From a virus (Duplodnaviria; Caudoviricetes), in the IMG/VR virus record IMGVR_UViG_3300005326_000040, positions 192,001-256,000 of that record: a stretch of DNA of 64,000 nt, one strand, 5' to 3'. The notes under the pieces are model-generated. The model saw nothing but the letters and a program-made list of their open reading frames with translations. It was not told the DNA's origin and ran no database searches. The number at the start of each line of letters is the position of its first letter. The first letter of the stretch is position 1. Shown here in pieces: positions 1 through 8,801 of the stretch. The translations under genes were made by a program, and so were the position numbers.

Positions 1-4
1 TGAA

Positions 5-415
5 GTGTTCTCTAGGCAGTGGGGATTTGCCAACAAGAGCAACCTTCTTCTGCCGGAATCGACAATTGACATCGAGCATTCTGATTCGGATTCGCCCAGG
101 TTCAATTTGAGCCATGAATTGTTTATGGCTGCGCTGTTCAATGGCATGATTGAACGTGAATTGGTTCCGGTTTCTGGTGGTCGTGAGAATACCATTAAGA
201 ATCTTTATGGCGCATGGAAGAAGGAACCGGCTCTTACGAGGGCTGGCGTGGTCAACGCGATGACTCGCGCTGCTCACGAGGTCAACCATGCAACCCCTTG
301 GTTTGAAGATAAGATGCAGCAGGCTGCTGGCGAGATTCTGATGGGAGACAAATGGCGTCCGCTGCCTTGGCAGCAAGTTGACCCTATGCTGGAAGAGGCT
401 TTGAGGCAGCTGTAA
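5..415 (+). CDS. 5'-truncated ORF; C-terminus resembles DUF932/DUF945-type phage proteins
   Basis: Frame is open to the window edge; ends ...GVVNAMTRAAHE...QQAAGEIL, typical of that family's C-terminus. Confidence 0.45.
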   Translation: MFSRQWGFANKSNLLLPESTIDIEHSDSDSPRFNLSHELFMAALFNGMIERELVPVSGGRENTIKNLYGAWKKEPALTRAGVVNAMTRAAHEVNHATPWFEDKMQQAAGEILMGDKWRPLPWQQVDPMLEEALRQL

Positions 416-423
416 TAATCACC

Positions 424-891
424 ATGAAGTACTATTCTAAAGTGTCAAAACACTTGGTTCGCAAATACGTTTCTAAACGACTTGGAAAGCGTATTCAATG
501 GGCTTTGAGTTTGGATTCCGGAGCAATCGTAAATGATTGCTCCGGGTTTAACCGTATTGTCAAAGACATTGAAATTAGAGTTAGGAATTTTGGTGCCGCT
601 GGCGGTTGGATTATTTGGGATGTTGATTTTACGATGGAGAATGGTGGCGGGTGTTCGCTTCGACATTGCGGAGTTGCCCCGCCTCGTTCTAGGGACGAGA
701 TTGAAAAACAACATCTCAATTTTTTGAACTACTGGGTGACTGAAGGTGCGGCGAGTTGGTATAATTTAGGAGACAGCGATTTGCGAGAGCGATATTCAAA
801 ATTGGTAGAAAAATTGGAGATGCTCAAGGCAGGCAAACATATCTGTGATGAGAGAGGGTTGATTTTGGATGGGGTTTTAGACGGCATTTAG
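424..891 (+). CDS. hypothetical protein
   Basis: 155-aa ORF in a gene run, followed by a terminator. Confidence 0.7.
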   Translation: MKYYSKVSKHLVRKYVSKRLGKRIQWALSLDSGAIVNDCSGFNRIVKDIEIRVRNFGAAGGWIIWDVDFTMENGGGCSLRHCGVAPPRSRDEIEKQHLNFLNYWVTEGAASWYNLGDSDLRERYSKLVEKLEMLKAGKHICDERGLILDGVLDGI

Positions 892-914
892 TTTGTTGTA
901 AGTAAAATGGTGGG

Positions 915-943
915 AAGGGAGGAACAATGTTCCTCCCTTTTTT
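915..943 (+). terminator. Rho-independent terminator
   Basis: AAGGGAGGAAC-AAT-GTTCCTCCCTT 11-bp hairpin running into a T-tract. Confidence 0.85.
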
Positions 944-984
944 CCTACATCCTTTGATATATATGTTCCTTAGAGGTTATTTAT

Positions 985-1494
985 ATGCTGAAACTAGAGA
1001 CAATTTTTGCAAACAAAGCTATTATTCACGGGCTTACTGAACCAGAGCTTCCTAAATTTGTGGAGCATGTTATCAAATATACTTGGGTGAACTCAACGCT
1101 TCCAGCAAGCGCTCGGTTTGTAAAGGAATCTGAGAATCCCACGTTGGATAAGATGCCCGTAGGTTTCAATTTGAAGGAAACTGTAGAGCGTGCGGTGAAG
1201 CGAAATGTGCTTCTCTTAGAGACGCTTGGCCCAGTATACTTGGGGCTGAACGTACGCATCACCAATCAGAAGGCTGGAGCTTCCCCAGGAATTCGAGTTG
1301 AATTTGATAAGTTTATGTTTGAGCGAGACGATCGTTTTCGAAACGTAGCTAAGTTTCTAGGAGAACTTATTAAGGCTTGGGAGGGCGCCAAGGAAGTCGT
1401 AAAAGTTCCTGAAGCTCCTGAGGATAACCCTCCGCCAGCGAAGGTTAGCCCTCAACTAAAAGCTAAGAGAGGGCGTCCGCGTAAAGCGAAGTAA
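985..1494 (+). CDS. hypothetical protein with C-terminal AT-hook-like motif
   Basis: Ends KRGRPRKAK; TGATATATA motif upstream at 955-963. Confidence 0.7.
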   Translation: MLKLETIFANKAIIHGLTEPELPKFVEHVIKYTWVNSTLPASARFVKESENPTLDKMPVGFNLKETVERAVKRNVLLLETLGPVYLGLNVRITNQKAGASPGIRVEFDKFMFERDDRFRNVAKFLGELIKAWEGAKEVVKVPEAPEDNPPPAKVSPQLKAKRGRPRKAK

Positions 1495-1512
1495 TATTTC
1501 AAAGGACAAAAC

Positions 1513-2949
1513 ATGAAAGTCACTGTTATTGTTCCTTTTGTTCGAATGGAGAATTTCGACAGATGCATTGAATCCATTCGAAAAAATCATGGATTGAGTG
1601 AAGATCCCGAGATTATTTGGGAACAGGACGAACTTGGTATCGGCTGTCCACGAATGGTAAAAAAATTGGTGGACAAATCGACCACCGATTTGGTTTGTTT
1701 TCTTGGAGATGATACCGAGCCCCAGCCAAACTTTCTGAGAAACGCTTTAGCTATGATGCGAAAGCTGGACTTATGGATGGTTGGATTTAATGACACTCAT
1801 ACGGTTCGTCCAACACATTGGTTAGCCAGCAAGAAACTTCTTAACGAAAGAGGGGAGTTTTTTGATACTCGGTTTGTACATAATTATTCTGATACAGAAC
1901 TGATGTTTCGTGCGGAACGGTTGGGGAAGTATGCTTGGTGTGAACAAGCTGTTGTTTTACACCATAACCCGTTAGCGGAAAAAAACATAAAACAAATCGA
2001 TAAGTTTTATCAACGGGGAGCAGATTACTTAAATCAAGACGAAAATCTTTTTCACGAATTGTGTTCTAAAGTATCTGTTGGCATGATTGTAAAGAATGAA
2101 GAAGTCATGTTGGCAGAGTGTCTTGAATCAGTAAAGGGCGCGGATGAAATAGTTGTTGTTGACACTGGTTCAACCGATCGAACCAAAGAAATAGCTGCTA
2201 GATATACTGATAAGATATACGATTTCAAATGGATTGATGATTTCGCGGCAGCTAGGAATTTCGTTATATCGAAATGTTCTCATGACTGGATTCTGTCTAT
2301 AGATGCTGATCAGTTATTGCTTCCCGGCAGTTTAGAACACTTCAAAGCTTTCTTACGTTCAAATGTAGAAATGCTGACTATTGGCACACACATGGTTGAC
2401 CCTGGTGTAGAATATTATGTGCCTAGGTTTTTCCGTAACGTTCCTTGCAATAGATGGCAGGGTATGATTCATGAAGCTATTGTGTTGACGCCCGGCAGGC
2501 ATATTGAATTGTCGGAAGTAAAGATTACCAGTAGGTTTAGTCCAGCGCATACTCAAGACCCAGATAGAAGTGTACGAATTCTATTGAAAGCGGTAGAGAA
2601 GGAACCAACAAGTTCTCGTTACTGGTATTACTTGGGACGGGAATACTGTTACCTCAAAGAATTTGAAAAAGCAGTATCTTGTTTAGATAAATGTGTTTCT
2701 TTTTGCGCGTGGTTACCTGAAAGAGCAGACGCATATTATTTGAAAGCGCTTTCTTTATGGTATCTTTGTAAGGGAGATAAAGCAAGAGAGGCTTGTTTTC
2801 AAGCTTTGTCTATCAACTCTGAATTCAAGTCTGCCTCTTTGCTTATGGCAGAAATGTCATGGGACCATAACAAAGCGGGTTGGCTTAGGATGGCTAACGG
2901 GGCAACCAATCAAGACGTTTTGTTTCGACGCGAAACGTTGTGCTTTTAG
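1513..2949 (+). CDS. two-domain GT-A/GT2 glycosyltransferase with C-terminal TPR repeats
   Basis: N-terminal VIVPFVR...FLGDD; second domain MIVKNEE...VDTGSTDRT...DFAAARN...IDAD; TPR-like YWYYLGREY...AYYLKA. Confidence 0.88.
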   Translation: MKVTVIVPFVRMENFDRCIESIRKNHGLSEDPEIIWEQDELGIGCPRMVKKLVDKSTTDLVCFLGDDTEPQPNFLRNALAMMRKLDLWMVGFNDTHTVRPTHWLASKKLLNERGEFFDTRFVHNYSDTELMFRAERLGKYAWCEQAVVLHHNPLAEKNIKQIDKFYQRGADYLNQDENLFHELCSKVSVGMIVKNEEVMLAECLESVKGADEIVVVDTGSTDRTKEIAARYTDKIYDFKWIDDFAAARNFVISKCSHDWILSIDADQLLLPGSLEHFKAFLRSNVEMLTIGTHMVDPGVEYYVPRFFRNVPCNRWQGMIHEAIVLTPGRHIELSEVKITSRFSPAHTQDPDRSVRILLKAVEKEPTSSRYWYYLGREYCYLKEFEKAVSCLDKCVSFCAWLPERADAYYLKALSLWYLCKGDKAREACFQALSINSEFKSASLLMAEMSWDHNKAGWLRMANGATNQDVLFRRETLCF

Positions 2950-2974
2950 ATCCAATCTATAGAAAGACAGCAAA

Positions 2975-3286
2975 ATGGTAGCAACACATAAGAAAAATGT
3001 GGAAGAAGCTATTAAACAAGCTGCGCCTAAACCTAAAATAAATAAAGACCCAGACTTCTATATTCCTAAAGATTTTGCGGGGCTATTGGCCGAAATTGAT
3101 GCGACTGCTAGGGCTCAGGGAGAATGGGATGGCCGGATGTTGAGTTGTTATGTGGCTTGTCAGGAAGCCTATAAGGCTGGGATTGTGAATGTGCCTCATC
3201 CCTCAGAACGAATGAGGTTGGGTGAAAAGCTTGCTGCTCTCATGAAGGCAGCTAACGAATTGTACAACGCCAAGACTAACGGATAG
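2975..3286 (+). CDS. hypothetical protein
   Basis: 103-aa ORF in operon. Confidence 0.65.
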   Translation: MVATHKKNVEEAIKQAAPKPKINKDPDFYIPKDFAGLLAEIDATARAQGEWDGRMLSCYVACQEAYKAGIVNVPHPSERMRLGEKLAALMKAANELYNAKTNG

Positions 3287-3290
3287 TAAA

Positions 3291-3470
3291 ATGGCAATGC
3301 ACAAGAAGATTGTGGAAGAAGCGCTTGAAGAGGCTCTTGCAGAACTCAAACGTGTTTCTTATCCAATTAATCATACAATGAGTTGCAGCATGAAGGCGGA
3401 GTATGATAAGCAGCATGATATTGCTCGTCGCGCAATCCTTGAAAGATTGTTGGAAAAGTTGAGAAAATAA
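3291..3470 (+). CDS. small hypothetical protein (59 aa, below the ORF-track cutoff)
   Basis: ATG 3291 to TAA 3470, MAMHKKIVEEALEE...; fills the gap exactly and abuts the next ATG. Confidence 0.6.
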   Translation: MAMHKKIVEEALEEALAELKRVSYPINHTMSCSMKAEYDKQHDIARRAILERLLEKLRK

Positions 3471-3908
3471 ATGGAACGTCTTGTTCAAGTCGGTTCAATT
3501 TTTGCCGTGCTTGCTTTCATTCACATGTTTGCCGATTTGTTTTCACAGACAGAAAACATAGCCATGCGTAAGCATGATGATTTAAGTTGTCGTTCTACTC
3601 ATTCTATTTTGTATACAATCTTTTTTATTCCACTTATATTGTATGTAAATGTAGGTTTGTATTATACATCCAGTCTTTTATGCTTTATTCTGTGTAGTCA
3701 TTTATGGGGTGATTCATATACGCCTTCCTATGTTTGGGCCAAATATGTTCGGCGGCCAAAAGAAATGACAAAGAAGAACAATGTGGAGGGCTTTATGGAT
3801 TATGCTGGCACAGGAATGGGGAAGGCTCTAATCATTTGGGTTGATCAGATCTATCACTTGGCTTGCCTTCTTCTGGTTGCTTTTGTAATTGTGAATAGCA
3901 CAAAATGA
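3471..3908 (+). CDS. DUF3307-like membrane protein
   Basis: H-x-x-A-D...Q, HSILY, HLWGD and DQIYH motifs with hydrophobic segments. Confidence 0.75.
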   Translation: MERLVQVGSIFAVLAFIHMFADLFSQTENIAMRKHDDLSCRSTHSILYTIFFIPLILYVNVGLYYTSSLLCFILCSHLWGDSYTPSYVWAKYVRRPKEMTKKNNVEGFMDYAGTGMGKALIIWVDQIYHLACLLLVAFVIVNSTK

Positions 3909-3927
3909 AGTGTAAGGAAATTGACTA

Positions 3928-4137
3928 ATGACTAATAAGATCGATGGAAAAGACTTTTACTTTGCCTTTGGGAATGCCGATGAAGGCGGCAAGTATATGA
4001 CTAACAAGATCAATGGAAAAGACTTTTATTTCGCCTTTGGGGATGCTGATGAAGGAGGAGGAAAGCATATGACTAACAAGATCAATGGAAAAGACTTTTA
4101 CTTTGCTTTTGGGAATGCTGATGAAGGAGGCAAGTAT
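3928..4137 (+). repeat. tandem repeat, 3 units (69, 72, 69 bp)
   Basis: Units start at 3928, 3997 and 4069; each begins with ATG and ends GAAGG(C/A)GG...(T/C)AT. Confidence 0.95.
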
Positions 4138-4356
4138 ATGTCAATTGTATCAAAAGAATATTGGAAGCAGAGGCATTGTGTTGAAGACAAATCTTTTGAT
4201 ATTAGTCATTTGATTCCGTATTTCCACAGTGAAGATATGGAATCTCTTTGGTTCCTTTATGATACTTCAGAAGAACAAGTTAGACAAGATATGGAAGACG
4301 CTGGATTTGAATATTCGGATGATTTCGCTGACTTTTTAGATAAGCATCCAATTTAA
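3928..4356 (+). CDS. hypothetical protein with three N-terminal 23-24 aa tandem repeats
   Basis: MTNKI(D/N)GKDFYFAFG(N/D)ADEGG repeated three times. Confidence 0.7.
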   Translation: MTNKIDGKDFYFAFGNADEGGKYMTNKINGKDFYFAFGDADEGGGKHMTNKINGKDFYFAFGNADEGGKYMSIVSKEYWKQRHCVEDKSFDISHLIPYFHSEDMESLWFLYDTSEEQVRQDMEDAGFEYSDDFADFLDKHPI

Positions 4357-4375
4357 ATTAATATCAAAGGACAAA

Positions 4376-4609
4376 ATGATTTATCATATTTGGAGACAGG
4401 CAGAAGGTGCAATAGATAAAACAACAGGGCAAGCTATTTGTACATATCATTGTGTAACTATTGGAGGGGAAGATGAACATTATGATGCGGTTCATGAGAT
4501 GGGAAATAAGATTGTTTACTTCTTCCAAGCTGATACGTGGCATGAGGCTATGGTAGAATACGATTCATGGCGCCGAGCGCAGGAAAAGAAACAATGGAAA
4601 GCGCATTAA
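4376..4609 (+). CDS. hypothetical protein
   Basis: 77-aa ORF, AAAGGA RBS. Confidence 0.6.
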   Translation: MIYHIWRQAEGAIDKTTGQAICTYHCVTIGGEDEHYDAVHEMGNKIVYFFQADTWHEAMVEYDSWRRAQEKKQWKAH

Positions 4610-4610
4610 G

Positions 4611-4781
4611 ATGACAGCAAAAGAAGCGCTGGAAAGAATTAGAAAGGTAAATGAACGTCTTTCTAAAATAGCAAGCGGAGAACTTCGGCCAAGGGTTATT
4701 GTTCAAACCCATGATGGTGGTGTTCGTATCTCAGCTAAGATAGTATTGGAAGAGAGCAAACTGATGCCTAATGAAAACTAG
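4611..4781 (+). CDS. small hypothetical protein (56 aa)
   Basis: ATG 4611 to TAG 4781, MTAKEALERIRK... Confidence 0.5.
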   Translation: MTAKEALERIRKVNERLSKIASGELRPRVIVQTHDGGVRISAKIVLEESKLMPNEN

Positions 4782-4830
4782 CTTGTCTTTTTGATTTCAA
4801 CGGAGAATACGTTTACAGGGGATAAACGTT

Positions 4831-5907
4831 ATGAGCACCGATGACGACGATAGAAGTTTTCGTTTCGAGTGGGCAAAGTTAGCAAATCAATTCAATGAAA
4901 AGGTTCGTTCTGATTTACTGGAAAGAAGTGGAGGAGATGCTGCTTCTTTGGTAATGTCAAAAGAGAATTTTATGCAAATGGGAGCGTCCCTTTGGGAACA
5001 TACCTATGCTGTTTGTCCAGATAATGATTCTGCTGCTTTTGATAACTTGCTTAAGTACTGGACTAGGACGGGACAGGAAACCCTTGTTCTTGCTGCTGGC
5101 TCTCCTGACATGCAGCTTACGCTTGGTTGGGTAGCCCGCTGGGCCGATCAAGCGTTCCCTCAAGTAATTCTTGGTCAAAGAACAGCAGCGGCTTTGATGG
5201 GGACATCCGCTTCCGAAGAAGTTGTAGAGAATCTTCATGCTCCTTGGAAGGCGTTTCTTGTCAATATCCCTCCTGGATTGTTGACTATTTATGATGATAC
5301 TGTTAAGCGGCAGGTATCAGCAACGTCTTTGGCTGTTCATGAAACGACGCGAGCGGGAGTTGGGACAACTTGGAATTGGCGCCTATCTTCTATGGAGTCT
5401 ACTGTTCAATTGTGGCAGTTTGGAATTACAACTAAGGAATTGGTTCAAGCAGACCTTTATGGATTCAGTGATAAGGAACTAGAAGACCTATTTGCCGACA
5501 GCGTAGATGACCAAGATAAGCGTCTTATGAGGCTTGTTGGTAGGTTGATTGTTGGCATCTGTCTCACTTTCCCTGACAACAACAAACGAGTAGGCGCTGG
5601 CCATAAGAAAGGCGCGCCTTTTCATGGATTTATCAAACAGGGAGAAGAGTTTGTTTGTGTTTCTCGGAGCTATGAACTAAGACCTCCTATCACAATTGAT
5701 TGCCGAGAGGCGATTAAGGATTATGTTGAACATGGGTCCAGGAGAGGTCACAGTCCTACTGTTCGTACGCTTGTTCGTGGAACCTATCGGCGACCTCCTC
5801 GGGGCATTGAAAAGGGACTGCCAAAGACAGTTTGGGTACAACCTCATTGGCGCGGCCCTAAGGATGCTCCTATTGTGGTTCGCGCGCATAAAGATAAGAA
5901 TCAATAA
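4831..5907 (+). CDS. hypothetical phage protein
   Basis: 358 aa; C-terminal VRGTYRR...WVQPHWRGP motif common in phage proteins. Confidence 0.75.
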   Translation: MSTDDDDRSFRFEWAKLANQFNEKVRSDLLERSGGDAASLVMSKENFMQMGASLWEHTYAVCPDNDSAAFDNLLKYWTRTGQETLVLAAGSPDMQLTLGWVARWADQAFPQVILGQRTAAALMGTSASEEVVENLHAPWKAFLVNIPPGLLTIYDDTVKRQVSATSLAVHETTRAGVGTTWNWRLSSMESTVQLWQFGITTKELVQADLYGFSDKELEDLFADSVDDQDKRLMRLVGRLIVGICLTFPDNNKRVGAGHKKGAPFHGFIKQGEEFVCVSRSYELRPPITIDCREAIKDYVEHGSRRGHSPTVRTLVRGTYRRPPRGIEKGLPKTVWVQPHWRGPKDAPIVVRAHKDKNQ

Positions 5908-5950
5908 AAGATATGAATTAGCTATAGCCTAAACAACTAGAAAGAAAGAC

Positions 5951-6316
5951 ATGCCTTCTAATAAGCTAATTAGGATGATCTATTTAGAAGTGGGTCGGGA
6001 ACCAAGAGTAATTGATCTTGGTTTTGATTGGGGTAAACAAGAACAATTGAAAGAATGGACTGATCTTCTTGGTATTAATTTTGGTTGGTATAGATTGTAC
6101 AGTAAAATTTCGGGCGATCGTGCAATGCATGATTATGAAGGCGAATGTAAAACAGGTTATTCTCTATTGTTTGAAAGGTCTTACAGACTGTTTCAAATTA
6201 AGAGTCCTAATGTTAACGCCATTATTGCAAAAGGTGATGGTGTGCTTCAGTCTATGAAGTGTCAAGACATCACTGAAATCTTTGAATTTATCGAAGCTTG
6301 CAAAAGACTGCCGTAA
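5951..6316 (+). CDS. hypothetical protein, distant member of the 7417-8496 paralog family
   Basis: RMIYLEVGREPRVID...SMKCQDITEIFEFIE. Confidence 0.65.
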   Translation: MPSNKLIRMIYLEVGREPRVIDLGFDWGKQEQLKEWTDLLGINFGWYRLYSKISGDRAMHDYEGECKTGYSLLFERSYRLFQIKSPNVNAIIAKGDGVLQSMKCQDITEIFEFIEACKRLP

Positions 6317-6317
6317 A

Positions 6318-6620
6318 ATGTCTCGAAAAACCATAGTAGATAAACGTAAACATAAGGTTTCTATTGAATATAAAGACGAGGAGGTTTTCTTTAAGGGTGA
6401 TACAGTTGGTATAAGGCTATTCAAAAGGGACGAAAACGATAACCATATTCTTTTTCAGCTGCTAGTAGAGGATGATGGGGATTGGTTTCCAAGCAATGGT
6501 GGTGTTTCAACATATTTTCTTGACGAGCATTTCGTTATTATAGATACCGTAAAGCAATGGTTGTATATGAATTGTGAACCTGATGGTAATGGTGGCTGGA
6601 AGTTCAAAGGCGGGAAGTAA
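6318..6620 (+). CDS. hypothetical protein
   Basis: ORF 6282-6620; ATG 6318 chosen because it follows the upstream stop. Confidence 0.6.
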   Translation: MSRKTIVDKRKHKVSIEYKDEEVFFKGDTVGIRLFKRDENDNHILFQLLVEDDGDWFPSNGGVSTYFLDEHFVIIDTVKQWLYMNCEPDGNGGWKFKGGK

Positions 6621-6622
6621 AA

Positions 6623-7408
6623 ATGGGCGACATTATTCGTTATCCTAGAACCTTACACATACGTGGCTCACGTAAAACTGGAGATGATTTTGAACTAGAA
6701 GATGTTTCTTTTGAGGAAGCGCTTCAAGGCAAGTATGTTGTTTACGAGGCGAAAATTGACGGTTCAAATTGTGCCGTTAGTTTTGAAGACTCACGAATGA
6801 TTCTTCAGTCTCGTGGTCATGAGCTTCGTGGCGGGCCAAGAGAAAGAGAATTTCAGCAGCTTAGAATTTGGGCAAACAGATATCAGCATGACTTGTTTGA
6901 TATTTTAGGCAATCGTTATATCTTTTATGCAGAGAACATGTTTGCAAAACATACTGTATTTTACGATAACCTTCCTCATTGGATATTTGAATTTGACATT
7001 TTTGATAAGGAAAGAAGACTTTTCCTTTCTACCAAAGCTCGTCGTCGTCTTCTAGAAGGTCTTGAGTATGTAGCTGCTCCTGTTGTATATGAGGGGACAG
7101 CCACAACACTAGAGCATTTGAAATCTTTTATTGGGCGTTCGGCATATAAGACTGACAATTGGAAGGAGAATTTGGGGCTTCAAGCTGAAAGATGTAATTA
7201 TGATGTCGCTCTTGCGATAGCTCAAACCGATCAATCTGATTTGGATGAGGGAATTTATATCAAGGTTGAAACTGAAGAAGAAACGGTTGGGCGATATAAG
7301 TTTGTAAGAGACAGCTTTACGAATAGCATTTTGAATCAAGGGTCTCATTGGCATGATAGGACTTTGATTCCTAATCAGCTGGCAGATAGTCACTGCTTTA
7401 AACTGTAG
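6623..7408 (+). CDS. ATP-dependent RNA ligase family protein (Rnl2/PNKP-ligase-like)
   Basis: YPRTxH N-terminus, adenylylation motif EAKIDGSN, FEFDIFD, DEGIYIK, RYKFVR. Confidence 0.85.
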   Translation: MGDIIRYPRTLHIRGSRKTGDDFELEDVSFEEALQGKYVVYEAKIDGSNCAVSFEDSRMILQSRGHELRGGPREREFQQLRIWANRYQHDLFDILGNRYIFYAENMFAKHTVFYDNLPHWIFEFDIFDKERRLFLSTKARRRLLEGLEYVAAPVVYEGTATTLEHLKSFIGRSAYKTDNWKENLGLQAERCNYDVALAIAQTDQSDLDEGIYIKVETEEETVGRYKFVRDSFTNSILNQGSHWHDRTLIPNQLADSHCFKL

Positions 7409-7416
7409 GTGTTATC

Positions 7417-7767
7417 TTGGACGACAAACCTAGGCTTTTTCGGGTAATAATTATTGACCCCAAAAAGGAACCAAAAGTTGTAGATATGCCGATTACATAT
7501 AGTAGCTTATGTAAAATATTGGGTAGGTCATATGGTGCTTGTCGCCTGAATCATCCTCTGGCGAATTGCGATAACTACAAAGTTTATTATCGATATGGTA
7601 GTTTAGATTTAAATCTAGAATCATTAGATTCGCCCGCAATAATAATAAAACAACCGAGATTTTGCAATGTAACGTCGCTAAATTGCAACGATATTACTCT
7701 TATTATGAAATACATTGAAGATGGCAAACAAAGGTTAACAACGCCAGTGCGGCCGGTATCTTTTTAG
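7417..7767 (+). CDS. hypothetical protein, paralog 1 of a tandem triplet
   Basis: TTG start after AGGTG; LFRVIIIDPKKEPKV...SLNCNDITLIMKYIE. Confidence 0.7.
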   Translation: MDDKPRLFRVIIIDPKKEPKVVDMPITYSSLCKILGRSYGACRLNHPLANCDNYKVYYRYGSLDLNLESLDSPAIIIKQPRFCNVTSLNCNDITLIMKYIEDGKQRLTTPVRPVSF

Positions 7768-7780
7768 AACAGGTGTTGTC

Positions 7781-8110
7781 TTGGATAATGACCTCAAGCT
7801 TTTTCGAGTAATAATCATTGAGCCTAAAAAGGAACCAAAAGTAAAAGTTATAGACACACCAATTACATATCGTGTTTTGTGTGCTATGTTTGGTCCGTCG
7901 TATGGTGCGTCTTTTATGCCAACTATGCCACAATACAGAATTTATTATAGCTACAGAGTTTCGCCTATCGATGTAACTAAGTTAAATTCGCGTGCTATAA
8001 TAGTGAAACAACCAATATTTCTTGAGAGGACATCGCTAAATTGCAATGATATTACTCTTATTATGAAACACATTGAAGAGAACAAACCGAGAGTAGCAGA
8101 ACCAGCATAG
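7781..8110 (+). CDS. hypothetical protein, paralog 2 of a tandem triplet
   Basis: TTG start after AGGTG; LFRVIIIEPKKEPKV...SLNCNDITLIMKHIE. Confidence 0.7.
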   Translation: MDNDLKLFRVIIIEPKKEPKVKVIDTPITYRVLCAMFGPSYGASFMPTMPQYRIYYSYRVSPIDVTKLNSRAIIVKQPIFLERTSLNCNDITLIMKHIEENKPRVAEPA

Positions 8111-8118
8111 GTGATATC

Positions 8119-8496
8119 TTGAACGATAGGTTGTTTGTTCGGGTAATAATTGTTGCTCCTGGAAAAGAGCCGGAAGTTAAAGACATACTATTTACGTACG
8201 AAAACTTATGCAAGGTTCTTGGTGGAGGTTATTTTACTCGTCTTCTTGGGTCTGATCTTCCAACAGTTAATTACAAAATTGCTTGTCGTAAAACTGATAG
8301 TAATGTAGGCGAGCTTCAGTTGGGTGTGCCGTACAGCATGGTTATAATATTTAAAGTAGACGGCTTGTCAGTAAAACAGATGCTTTGTAGCGATATAACT
8401 TTTATCATGAACTACATTGAACAACAGAAACGTGTATACGAAGCTCTTTCAAATTCAGAGATATTCATGAGGAAGATATTCATGAGGAAGCTATGA
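8119..8496 (+). CDS. hypothetical protein, paralog 3 of a tandem triplet
   Basis: TTG start after AGGTG; VRVIIVAPGKEPEV...LCSDITFIMNYIE. Confidence 0.7.
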   Translation: MNDRLFVRVIIVAPGKEPEVKDILFTYENLCKVLGGGYFTRLLGSDLPTVNYKIACRKTDSNVGELQLGVPYSMVIIFKVDGLSVKQMLCSDITFIMNYIEQQKRVYEALSNSEIFMRKIFMRKL

Positions 8497-8774
8497 AACT
8501 GGAAGATAAGAAAAGGCTGCTGGAAATTAGGCGAGAGCTTTTGGATTTGGTTGATGAATTGCAAATGCTTCTTCGTCGGTCAGGAAATAATTTTGTTTAT
8601 GAGCGAGCCAAGGCTTATTGGCTTGGGCATTTGGACAATGCGGTGGAAGGGATTTCTAAACACGATTCATGTATGGATGAAACTTTACGCGACTTGGATA
8701 TTGACCCAGAAGCAGAGTCTGATGATTTGGAAGAAGACGCCGAAGAAGAAAAGGAAGGATCAGAAGATTCTTAA
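8493..8774 (+). CDS. hypothetical protein with acidic tail
   Basis: 93-aa ORF with GAGGA RBS, overlaps the upstream stop. Confidence 0.7.
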   Translation: MKLEDKKRLLEIRRELLDLVDELQMLLRRSGNNFVYERAKAYWLGHLDNAVEGISKHDSCMDETLRDLDIDPEAESDDLEEDAEEEKEGSEDS

Positions 8775-8801
8775 TCCACTCATATTTTAGTATCCTTTCA
8801 A

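Noticed and set aside
3928-4137. Possible CRISPR array
   Set aside because: The units are contiguous, in frame and nearly identical along their full length, with no unique spacers and no cas genes.
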